From Azolla caroliniana (lineage: Eukaryota; Plantae; Polypodiophyta): 64,000 bases of DNA. How positions within the stretch are numbered: the first letter of the stretch is position 1; each line of letters starts with the position of its first letter. This document shows positions 12,274 to 23,810 of the stretch, piece by piece. The stretch is from positions 7,626,001 through 7,690,000 of the forward strand of contig JBHGNT010000015.1 of NCBI GenBank assembly GCA_043228905.1, read 5' to 3'. The notes below the pieces were generated by a model, which saw nothing but the letters and a program-made list of their open reading frames with translations, made no database searches and was not told the DNA's origin. The position numbers were made by a program, and so were the translations under genes.

Positions 12274-14200
12274 ATGTCTAGATCAACGCACGACCTGGTT
12301 ACAGATCGAACTCGATGCCTTGCCGAAAGGCAAAGGAGACGCGAGGCTTTCCAGCAAGCGGCGCAGGAAATTAGAGCGGATCGCTCGTTTTCCAACGTAA
12401 TCCGGAGAGTAACGGAGGACTCCCTCTGGTTAAAACAAACATCGCACCCGGACGACGGCAACAGCCTAAGCAGCCTCCGGGAAACCGAATCCCTTCTCCA
12501 CATGTTGGCAAACGGAGAAGGCGAAGCAGAGGCCTTTTCAGCATATGAATCGGACTCCGAAGGGGAATACAACGTGCACACGAACTACCGTAGCAGCAAC
12601 GAAACCCCGGGCGGACCGGAGGACGAAGGATCGGATACCTTACCGACACCGGAACCGGACCCGGAAGTGCTAATGCTGGAACCCTCGGAACCAGCAGAGG
12701 AAGAACGACCTCCGACACCGGAAGTCGAAGAGGAGAGGCCTCCGTCACCAAAGGAAGAGAAACAACCGACACTGGAATCAAATCGGGAAAGACCATCGAC
12801 ACCAGAGAAAATTCCGGAACGAGCACCAACACTACCAGCCCGGACGACGACATGCCGTTCCAGTACTCCAAGTATAGAGATGATCCGGACGCGAAAGCTC
12901 ATGTGCACGCCTTTGAACAGACATGGGAAGCCAACCATGTGTCCCAGCGATTGACCCCAGAGGAAGAAGAACGTTCTAAGATAGCGGAATTTGGCGTCAC
13001 ATTGGAGGGACCAGCAGCAAGATGGCGCCGGACGCAGGACCCGATTTAAAAGCTAAATTCATGCATTTTTTTCAAAAGGAGGTGGACCAGACCGTAATGG
13101 TAGGCTTATTTTATACCATCCGGCAAGAGGCAGGGGAGAGCATTCCCCAATTTGCCAGCCGGTTTCAACGGATGCATAGTCAGCTTGCCCGTGCACCCCC
13201 GAAGGAGGAATTACGGACGATATTCCTAAACGCGCTCCGGGAACCCCTACGCACGGTTTGCACGGTAATCGATTTCCGCACAAGTACCATCGACCAGGTC
13301 ATTGACCGGGTGAGAGAGATGGAAAAGACAAGCTCCTGGCTCACACTAGGAGCACTTCAACGGGCGTTACCGTCCGATGAAGACCTCCAGTTTCGGCAAG
13401 CAATACAGTGCACAACCTGCTTGAATTCCAGACACTCGGCTCTAGAATGCACTATGAGGACGCAATGTGTAATCTGTCAATCCAAGAGCCATATGACGGA
13501 TAGGTGCGAGTATAATCTGTTGAATCGGCAAGCACCGCCCGTCCGACAAATTGAGCCACGCAGTAGCAGGGATGAAGAAGACGAACGCTGGCGGCGAATG
13601 GACCGTGACCGACCGGCACAGGAGGTCCGGTATGGCGATCGACGGGAAAATGATGTCCGGTACGGTGATCGGCTAGATAACAATGACCGGCATGATCGGT
13701 ACCAGGATTACAATAGACGATACGAACAGTACGACCGGGAGCACTCCCCCGGGTATCGTCAGCAACGGGAGAAATACGGCAGATATAACGGGAAACCCTG
13801 TCAAGAGTACCGTAATAAGAAGAGCTATAACAAAAAATGGCATTTTAAAAAAGGCAGCTACCCCCGAGATCCGGAACAAGGAGCTCCAAGTAGCCAATCG
13901 GTACAAAACCCCGCGCGTACCGTAGGACCTACCCCGGGTACAATAGACAATGCCGAATCTAGCAATACCCGGAAAGCCTACTACTACTACTGCCGACAGG
14001 AAGGCCATTATAGTAACCAATGCCCGGTGTAGAGCTATGAAAAACGACAGGCGGTAAATATGGTAGTCCCGGAGGTGGCAGACCTGCAGCAGGTGACCTC
14101 AAGGTCGACGGGCATGGCCAAAGAATGGGAGACACAGGAGACCATCCGGAAACAAGCAACGGAATGGGTAAAGAAAGCAAACGAGCAGAATGTCACAGAC
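12274..14200 (+). pseudogene. Gypsy gag (frameshifted) with zinc knuckles
   Basis: YRDDPDAKAHVHAFEQTWEAN, GPAARW, IRQEAGESIPQFASRF, CVICQSKSHMTDRC and a degenerate YYYCRQEGHYSNQC knuckle. Confidence 0.9.
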
Positions 14201-17200
14201 TTACAGCAGCAAAAGGAGAACACCGCAGGGCTTGCCGGCGGTAGTCACTCCGAGAACGTTACCACTAGGAAGACTCCTACAACTCGTGCCAAGATTCACG
14301 GAAGGACTGAAGACGACCATGACGGCAGGAGAACCATCACCGGCACCGGTACTCTTCTCAAATCCGGAGGAGGGACCAACAGTGGTAGATACCAGCAGTC
14401 TGGTAATCACTGCCATTGTAAAAGGGAAAGAACTCCCCGACACAGTTATAGACGGAGGCTCTGGGGTAAATGTAATAAGCCTCCGGACATGTGATGACCT
14501 AGGAATCCACGAGTGGGAGCCGTGTCCGTTCTGGTTGCGGATGGCCGATACAAGCTCAGTGCGGCCGACAGGATTAATACGGAAATTAGAAGTCACCGTC
14601 GGCGGTCATACATTTCACATCTCGGCCGTAGTGCTACAATTACAGGCACAAGGCGCATACCCGCTATTGCTGGGGCGGCCATGGTTGAAAACGGCACATA
14701 TCAAACAGAATTGGCGAAAAAATATAATTACCTTCCGGCGAGGAAAAGCCAAGGTACGGGTATGAACACAGCCAAGGACGAGCACTGGCAAGGAATGTAC
14801 ACCGTTGTATGCGGAATACGTCAACATGCTAGAAGGGTTAGCGGACGAAGAAGAAGCTCAATACCTGCAGGAAAACCCGAAGATCATACCCCTCTTCGAA
14901 ATTGACATTGCCGAAGCCGTAGCACCATACCTACCGCAACCGGAAGAGGCGGAAGCAGAACCGGATAAAGACGCAATCCGGGAGTTACGGCAAGCGCAGG
15001 AAGCGTTGGAACGGGAAATGGCCGTTTCACAACGCGTAAAAGCATCGCAACTGGAAGAGGTGAATTTAGGCACCACGGACGAAGCAAAACCGGTGCACAT
15101 CGCCAAGGAGATGAAGTCCGGAGACAAAACGGCGATGATAACACTTCTCACGGAATTTCGCGATGTATTCGCCTGGTCATACGAAGACATGCGAGGACTC
15201 GACCCTCAGTTATACCAGCATCAAGTGCACTTGAGCAAGGACGCAAAACCAGTGGCACAAAGACGGTACCGGATGAATCCCAATTACGCCGCCAAGGTCA
15301 AGGAAGAAATCGACAAACTGCTAAGAGTTGGCTTTATCCGTCCGGTAAAGAAAGCGACATGGCTGAGCCCGATCGTAGTCGTACCGAAGAAGAACGACAA
15401 AATTCGAGTTTGCGTGGACTACCGGAAACTCAATGCGGCTACGGTAACGGATGCGTTTCCACTTCCGTTCACAGATGGAGTGTTGGATGCCGTCGCCGGC
15501 CATGAGGTCTATAGCTTCCTAGACGGATTCAGCGGGTATAATCAGATCCGGATGCACCCCGACGACCAAGAGAAAACGGCATTCGTCACCGAATGGGGGG
15601 TGTTTGTGGCCGTGGTGATGATGTTCGGACTCAAAATGGCACCGGCAACATTTCAACGAATCATCATGGAAATCTTTGGTGGATATATACCGGCTTTTAT
15701 GCAGGTTTTCCTTGACGATTTCGCCGTCTATAGCCGGGAGGAGGACCATTTTCAGCACCTCCGTCTTTGTCTAGAAAAGTGTAGAGCGTACCGGCTAAGC
15801 TTGAATCCGGCAAAGTGTGTATTTGGCGTGTCCAGTGGAACCTTATTAGGACATATTGTGAGCCAGGAAGGTATTGTGAGCCATATTAGAAGCACCGGCG
15901 CCGGTAACAGCAAAGGCATTAAGCCGGTTCTTAGGCCAGATCCGGTGGCACAGTCGGATGCTCCGATACTTGGCCGACCTGGCTACACCGTTGCATGCCG
16001 CCGTACATCGCACACCATTCCAGTGGGCCGATACTGAGGATAGGGCGTTTAAGGCCCTCAAGGTACTATTGTCGCAGGCACCGGTAGTACAACCTCCGGA
16101 TTGGAGTAAAGAATTTCACGTGTTCGTGGACGCCTCTGACATCGCAATCGGAAGCGTACTGATGCAGCTTACGGAACCAAAGTGGTACCGGCCAGTGTAC
16201 TATGCCAGCCGGAAGCTATCCCAAGCAGAATGGAACTACTCTACTACGGAATGGGAAGCCCTAGGAATGATCTACAATGTGACAAAGTTTCGGCACTATT
16301 TATTGGGAAGGAAGTTTTCCTTCCATGTAGATCATTCGGCACTCCTTTACCTAGTGTCCAAGGTGTCACTCACCGGCAAATTGGCCCGGTGGACCTTATT
16401 GTTACAGGAGTTCGAGTTTGAAATATTCCACCGACCCGGTATACAGCATGCCGTAGCGGATTACTTAAGCCGATTGTAGTCCGGAGAGACGGGGGACGGA
16501 GTACCGGATGAGTTTCCGGATGCGGAGCTGTTTTGAGTCACTACGGAGACGACAACAAATGAGATAGTGGCCCAGGAAGACAAGTGGCTCACAAATATGC
16601 ACCAGTTTCTGAGCACAGGACTGCCTCCGGAAGAGCTGAACCGGGACGAATGCAAACGCCTGGCGGTGCAAAGCCGACATTTCTGCTTACTGCAAGACAC
16701 ACTGTACCACTAGGGCGCGGATGGCATATGGAGACGGGCGGTGCGCAGCGATGAAAAGGAACTGAGACGGAGGGAAGCCCACTGTGGAGTTGCCGGAGGT
16801 CACTATGCCGGAGATGCGATGGCCAGAAAAATATGGCAAAGTGGCCTATGGTGGCCAACGACATTAAGAGATGCGGTACGGTACGCAAAAGAATGTGACC
16901 TATGCCAAAGAATGGGCCAGCCAACGGAGCAGGCTCGTATGCCACACCAGCCGGTACTACCACTCGAGCCATTCCACAAGTGGGGGCTGGACTTTGAGGA
17001 CCGTTCAAGCCACCGACAATGAGAACGGGTAATCGGTACGTTATCGTTGCTACGGATTACTGCACGAAATGGGTGGAGGCCAAAGCTTTACGGGATAACA
17101 CCGCTGCGTCAACGACAAAGTTTCTATATGAGTACATCTGGTGCCGTTACGGATGCCCGATTGAATTGATAAGTGACCAAGGGGGGCACTTTCTCGGACA

Positions 17201-17942
17201 AGTAGTGGAAAGCCTAACGACCTTCTATGCCGTGGTCCACAAACGAAGCACACTTTACTATCCACAGGCGAACGGATTAGCAGAATCAACAAACAAGACG
17301 CTCCAGAATATCCTTCGGAAGATCGTCAATGAGAACTGGACGGATTGGGACACAAAGCTACATAGCACGCTTTGGGCATACCGGACGGCATACAAAACGA
17401 GCATCCAAACAACACCGTTCCGGTTGGCGTTCAGACTCGAGGCGGTCATGCCGGTAGAATTCCAAGTACCTAGCTTACGGATCCAGCTACGAGAACGGCT
17501 GAACGAGAAGGAGTCGGAGACAATAAGGTTGACAGCGCTGTGTGAGCTCGAGGAACAACGGTTGGCTAGCATCCTACATTTAGAATTGGAGCAACGGCAA
17601 CGGAAAGCATTCGTCGACCGGCACAGGAAAGGTAAGGAAAAAATGTTCGCAATCGGCAAACCGGTGTTAGTATTCCAAACCCGGATGGGCAAGATGCCAG
17701 GTAAACTACGGTTTAGATGGACCGGACCATATTGGCTAACACGGGAGTATAATGGGTCCTACCAGTTAGGGACACTTGCCGGCGAAGTGCTAGGCAAATG
17801 GGTCAACGGATTCCGGTTAAAGGCATATAGAGGACCGATGCCTAAGAACCCGTTTGAGCAAAGGACCGACGGCAGAGACGGAAAGCCGGGAACCGGAGAG
17901 AATGAGGCCGGTAAGGGTCCGAGAGGACCAACGGACAAGTGA
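14190..17942 (+). pseudogene. Gypsy pol: protease, RT, RNase H, integrase (several stops and frameshifts)
   Basis: VIDGGSG; WLSPIVVVPKK, FLDGFSGYNQI, FLDD; FVDASD..HVDH; H-H-C-C zinc finger, WGLDF, ISDQG, PQANGLAE, WTGPY. Confidence 0.97.
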
Positions 17943-18100
17943 CGTTACACTAATAATAATAATAACTGAAAAAAAGAAAGAAAAAAAAAACAATCATGCA
18001 AAAGCGAGGAATGAATGGAGGAAAGAGTGAGGAGCGAAAAGGTACGTAGTGGGCATTTAAAGCGCCACCACAGGACATAATGCTATTTTAAGTACGCGAC

Positions 18101-21097
18101 ATGCACACACTCGAAAAAGGCGCCAGAATGCACAGACAAAAACCACTGCACGTAGAGACCCTCTACTTTCGCGAACCCAGGAGCACAGAAGCACCAAGAC
18201 GCTGCAAGATCATCAGACGAGAACCTGCGCACAGAGAACCCCTGCCTTCTGAACTCTCTCTTTCTCAACCCCACTCTCATCACCATCCATCCTCGCCACC
18301 GCAATCCGACCCCGACACAGAAATGGACCCGCAAACGCTGTCGGAAGCCGCCAAGACATGGCTGAAGCAACACGGGCTCGAGGGCTTCTTGATGATGATG
18401 GAAGTACCGCCACACAAAGAAGCCGACAAAGTGATCAAGGAAATCGATACAGAGGTCATAACGGCAGAGGCGATTCGAGCGTTAACAGGCCTTCCGGAGG
18501 GAGGCATACTCACGATCGACAATCCAACCCCGGAGCAACTCATCAGGTATTTTGGTGAGTACTCTCTAGCCATCAAGGGCTACCGGACACAGGGCGGCGG
18601 AGATATGCTGTTCCGCGAAATTGCTCGTGTGCTCCATGAATACGGCCACGTGTACCCTAGACCTCCTGTCATGCTGCAAAACCGGGCAGGGATGATCATC
18701 ACCACCTATGAAGGGATCAAGGTGGATTGGCCGGTATTGATCGCAGACGGGTTGTGTGCGGCGATCGAGATCGTCAGAGGCAAAGACGGGAAAGAAGGCC
18801 GAGGCGGACGAAGGATATGGCATGCCGTAACGCAGTGGCTCACCTTGCTGGTGCCACCCGTTCAGACCGTCCAGCCCAAGAAGTGAGGAAGAGTGGCGAA
18901 CGGCACCCCAAGGACGGCTTCCAAACGACAACAGTTGTTGGCCTCTAAGGCCAGTAAGGGAAAGGCGGCGGATGCAGAACAGGCGGCAGCAGGAAGCAGC
19001 AGCCGGAAGCGCCCAACGGAGGCGCAGGAGGAACCACCGGCACGGCCCGTAATGGTCACACTCCGCCGACCGGTGAATCGAGAAGTGGACCCCTTGGCGG
19101 CAAAACTCAATGCCAGAGCTCAGGAGGAGGAAATAGAGGAGGAACCTACGGAGCACCTCCAGCGACGGTCGTCGGTAAGGACCGTTGAGACAGCCGGGAA
19201 ACGTTCGAACCCTCAGACGGAGGGAACACCGGCTCCCCATACTGAGACTCCCACGCCAAGGAAGGAACCGGAACCGGTGCAGATGGCACCAGAAACAGAA
19301 GCCCCGGCACCACCGGCAACACCGGCAAGTCCCATCCCGCCAGAGCCGGAAAGGTCACTGCAGCCTCCCTCGGTCAGCCAAGAAGAAGCGCAAGGGGAAC
19401 CAGGACAGCAGGATGGTCCACGGGCAGAAACGGAACTGCAACTCGGCGCAACCAGGCGGGACTACCCCTCTACAAGTGAGCCCATCTGTGAAACCTCCGT
19501 GCAAGCACAACAAGGCACCGGTAGCCTGTGGCTCCGGTGGATAGGCGAACAGATAGCCGGAGCAGTGGGGTATATTGAGGCGGAAGAAAGAGCGCACAGC
19601 GAACGGTTGCTCGTCACAACCGAACAACTAGAGACGGCCCGGTCCAGAATCCGGTGCCTTGAGAAAGACTTGGATCAGGTCACGACAGAGATGGCCAAAA
19701 TACGGATCCAATCACCAGTGACTCCGGTAAGTGTACAGAATAAAGAAACGGAACGACCTGTACATAGCAATAAGACCCCAGCAACGGAAACCGTTTCGGC
19801 GAGAGATGCGGCGCAAGCTCAGGAGCTTGCGGAATTGAGAGAGGAACTTGCCACACAAGAAGCGCTAAGGAGCCGTGAACGAGAATTGAAGACGGCGGCC
19901 GAAGCCGAATTAAAGAAGACTGCTGAGAACCTCCGTCGGGCAGAGGAGAGCCTCCAGAAAGGCCATCAAGCGTACGACCAGCTAAAGGAGGAGAAAGACA
20001 AAGTGCTGCAGGAAAAGGACAAGCTGCGGAAAACGGCGGAAACAGAGATGGAACGGCTAAAGGAAGAGCTCCACCAGCAGAAGGACCGCGAGGACCGGGC
20101 CCGTCGTCAGATCAACGCATGGCTCAACCAAAAGACGGATGATTTTGAGCACCTACACCGGGACTACAAACGGCTGGAAACGGAGCATAAAGAACGGATG
20201 GTCGAGCTCCAGCAGGCAGTTGATCGGGCCGCGATGGCGATCGCCGACGAACGGGCGGAAAATACAAGACGCTTGGATGAGGCGGAGAAGGTCCGGATGG
20301 AACTCCAGAGGCAACAACAGGAAGACAAAGAGAGAGCGTCAACAGTATTGCAGAAATTACAAAGCGCATATCAAAGGCAATTGACGCATTACAAGGCACA
20401 GGCGGAGGACAACATCAAAATCATCAAACAACTGAAGGAGGAACGACAAGCGGCGGAAACCAAATCACAATTGGGAACGAGCCGGATTCAGTCCATCCTA
20501 CGGGCATGGCTGAATCAGACAAAACACTTGATTGATGAAAGCTCCGTAAAATGGTGGACAAAGTGGGCACAAAACGCGGCGGAACTCCAATTGCAACAGG
20601 CGGATGTGGCAAACCAGCGGAAGGAAGGAGATGACTGTTATACGTTGACTTCCGAGGACTTCACCGCCATACGGGACGAGTTGGCCGACGACTTCCAAGT
20701 CCTGGCAGATGAACAGCTGGCGCAGGTCAAGCAGCTCGTAGCTCAGCTGGATGATGATAGGCTGGACGCTCAAATCTAGTTTGAAAGCTACGAGCGGTCC
20801 CGGGTGCGGGAAGAAAAAGCATGGGAAGCGGCAATGGTTAACCTTAGTGATGAGGAACCGTCGCCGGCTGAGGGCCAGCCGGGAACCAGTCAACCGGAGA
20901 CCACTACGATGCAGGGAGCAAGGACGGAGATGCCGGTGTCAGAGCCACAATCGGAGGAGCAGCCGCAGCAACCACCAACGGACCCGCCGCAGCAGACTGC
21001 AACAAAGCAGCAACAACAACAACAACAACAACCACTTCCAGATGAACCATTGGAGCCTCTCGAACAAAGCATTCTGGACATTTTGGACGAAGAATAG
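18101..21097 (+). pseudogene. Extra retrotransposon ORF: N-terminal plant-mobile-domain-like segment, disordered linker, long coiled coil, polyQ tail
   Basis: ORFs 18101-18886, 18893-20779 and 20804-21097 are in one frame, broken only by a TGA (18884) and a TAG (20777). Likely start is the ATG at 18323. Confidence 0.85.
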
Positions 21098-21151
21098 CAA
21101 GGGTTGGTTGTGGATTCGACGTACAAGGTACTGTCCCACGGGCGTGCCATG

Positions 21152-21585
21152 TGTTACCGGCCGACAAAGGAGTCCAGAGTGGGAAACGGAGAGCTAATTA
21201 AGTAGTAGGAATGTGGTTGTAATTAAGCTATGAGTGTGGACGGACGGACCGGAATCGGTATGCCGTTCCGGATTCGAACCGATCCCAAACAGGTGCGGAT
21301 GGCACCGTTTTGTAATACAGACCGGAAACCTATTTAAAGGCCCGGATACAATGTAATAGTTAGCGGTTAATTAATGAAAGCTTAAGCGTTGTTATCTCTC
21401 TGGGTTAATTGTCGTTCTGTCTTAATTGTTATATCTTACGCGTGTTATGAAAGACGATCCTAATAAGTAACTTAATTAAGTCGGATTAAGCGTTGAAGTC
21501 TAATCCGGTTGCCGTAACACCCTTTGGTGAAGTGTCTCCCGTAGACACCCTGTGTTAGGCCATTGTCCGGCCCGAAGAGTTAACA
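21152..21585 (+). repeat. 3' LTR of the Gypsy element
   Basis: Matches 11787-12220 and is followed by the ATCCA TSD. Confidence 0.97.
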
Positions 21586-23810
21586 ATCCAACCCCCGGGA
21601 TTTCAGTCGGAGATAAACAAGTCGGCGGTATGCCGGCGTAAGAAGTCGCTTTACGGTCTGAAAAAAGCCCCTCGAGCATGGAATGCGAAGACCACGCACC
21701 AGTTGCGTAAGATGGGGTTTGTGACCTCTAAATCTGACTCCTCGTTGTTCATCCGGCAAGGTCCGGACGGTTCGGTTTGCATCCTACTTTATGTTGATGA
21801 TTTAGTCATCACCGGACCTAGACTCAATGAAATCGGCCGAGTAAAGTACCAACTGTTGGACGCATTTGAAATGAAGGACCTGGGGGACCTTCATTAGTTT
21901 CTTGGGATCGAGGTGATCCAAAACCCCTATGGCATATTGGTCCCACAACGACACTATTTGTTGAACATGTTGTACAAGTTCGGCGTGCCGGAATGCCGAC
22001 CTATCTCCACACCCTTCGACTGGAACTTGAAGCTCCGTCCCAACTCTAGACTGGCCTGCAATAAGAAACGGTTCCGACAATTTTTTGGAAGCCTCATATA
22101 CCTGACAAACACTCTACCCGACATCAGTTACCCAGTCGGAGTGATCAGCTAGTTCATGCAGAAGCCGACCGTCTAGCACCTTCAGTGCGCACATCGGATA
22201 CTCTGGTATGTGAGTGGCCCGAAGGATCGGGGATTGTTATACCGGCATGGTATAATCGAAGAGCTAGTTGGATATACAGATGCCGACTGGGCCGGAGATG
22301 CATCAGATCGCCGATCCACCTCCGGTTACATGTTTTCTCAACGTAGCACGGTTGTTGCGTGGAGCGGCAAAAAGCAACCAACAGTGGCTCTGTCAAGCAT
22401 TGAGGCTAAGTACTGGGGAGCTACCAATGCCACCTGTGAAGCCATCTAGCTTCGGTGACTACTACGTGACCTCCGGATCGAGGTACCAACCCCGATCCTG
22501 ATCTATTCTGACAACATGAGCAACATTCAGCTCGCCAAGAACCTTGTATTCCATGCTCGGACAAAGCACATAGAAGTGCATTATCACTTTGTTTGCGAGT
22601 GGGTCCTGAGCGGTGAAGTTGAACTTCGGTATGTTCACACGGATCGGCAGGTTGCCGACATCTTCATCAAGCCGCTAGGATCGGACAAGTTGCAACATTT
22701 TTCGGAGATGCTCGGTATTCAGCATCTCGATGTGCCGAAGTTGAGGGGGAGAAAAGGAAAGGGAATGGATGGCACTAGACAAGGAACCAGGAAGGGAAGA
22801 ACCAACAAAGAGGGAGACGAGAGGAAAAAGGAAGCCGAGTCGACAAAAGAAGTCGGCACATCCGAACAAGTCGGATCGAGCGGAAACGGCGGTAGAGTCA
22901 AGAAGGATAGAGCCGACCGGAAGGAGAAGGCCAGGACCCGGACATGGTCTGATACGGTGAAGGGCCTGAAACTGGAAGACGAGTTGGAGAACACTGACTT
23001 GGACAAGAGCTAGAACAAATCGAAGGAAACCGATTTGGTTCAAGATTCGGAGAAACCGGATCAACTAAAGGCCAAACTGACACGGACATGGACACAGCGG
23101 AAGTCGACGCCAACACGAAGGAACCGATGGGTCGACAAGCGCTGGAGTCGTAGCAGCAAGGGAGCTAAAATGGGCCTGTTGAGTAGACAAGCCGACTGAG
23201 GAGGTCAAGGTGCACAGAACTAGAAGGGTCGTGGCAAACAAGATCAAACCGGACGTGGAGTGTGAGCAAGGTGGAGCAACGACAAAAGGAGCCGCGATAT
23301 TGAACCGGCTGCCACAGACACTAAAACCACGATCTGACCTCAAGTTGAGCTTGAGGGGGAGTATTGAGCGAGCAAGCTCAACCGGATCCGGATCTGCTGA
23401 AGAAGCCTGAGCTGGATCAACATCCGGAAGGATGAGCCGGATCGGTATCCGGATGGTATCTAGAAACAACCGGCCGGATAGGGGAGACGGATCGGAGAGC
23501 CGGATTCAAGCGGGAACCAGAAGCCTAGTAGTAGCCTAGACTACTAGGTAATCCTTGTCTCGTAGTTAGTGTTAGTCGAACGTAGGAATATTGAAGTACC
23601 TGTCAGTCCTTTATGGACTTGTATAAATAATGTTGTTTAGCACGTTGTATGTACAGAGTTTTCAAATTGATATTTTGAATTGCGTTTATGTTCTGCTCTC
23701 TCTCTCTCTCTCTCCCGCGTGTACTCTTTGTGTATTAAGCTTCTCCATTAAACCTTCATCTTATTCTCTGTTGCTTTTGCAGGTTTACATTCACAGTTAC
23801 CATGTTATCA

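Larger units (their letters stand above)
11787..21585 (+). mobile_element. Full-length non-chromoviral Ty3/Gypsy (Athila/Phygy/Selgy-like) with an extra 3' ORF
   Basis: 434-bp LTRs at 11787-12220 and 21152-21585 with 6 mismatches. TSD ATCCA at 11782-11786 and 21586-21590. Order gag-PR-RT-RH-INT, no chromodomain. Confidence 0.97.
11240..23810 (+). mobile_element. Ty1/Copia family B, 5'-truncated (RT, RNase H, tail, PPT, 3' LTR), split by a Gypsy insertion
   Basis: RT reads LQEEV.MI up to 11786 and resumes QPPGF after 21590. YVDD at ~21790, RNase H YTDADWAGD..RRSTSG, PPT GAGGGGGAG at 23353-23361, LTR ~23362-23810. Confidence 0.9.

Noticed and set aside
18893-20779. Host myosin/SMC-like gene or retroviral env
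   Set aside because: It lies between pol and the 3' LTR, recurs in related elements, and shows no motor/ATPase motifs, signal peptide or TM helix.
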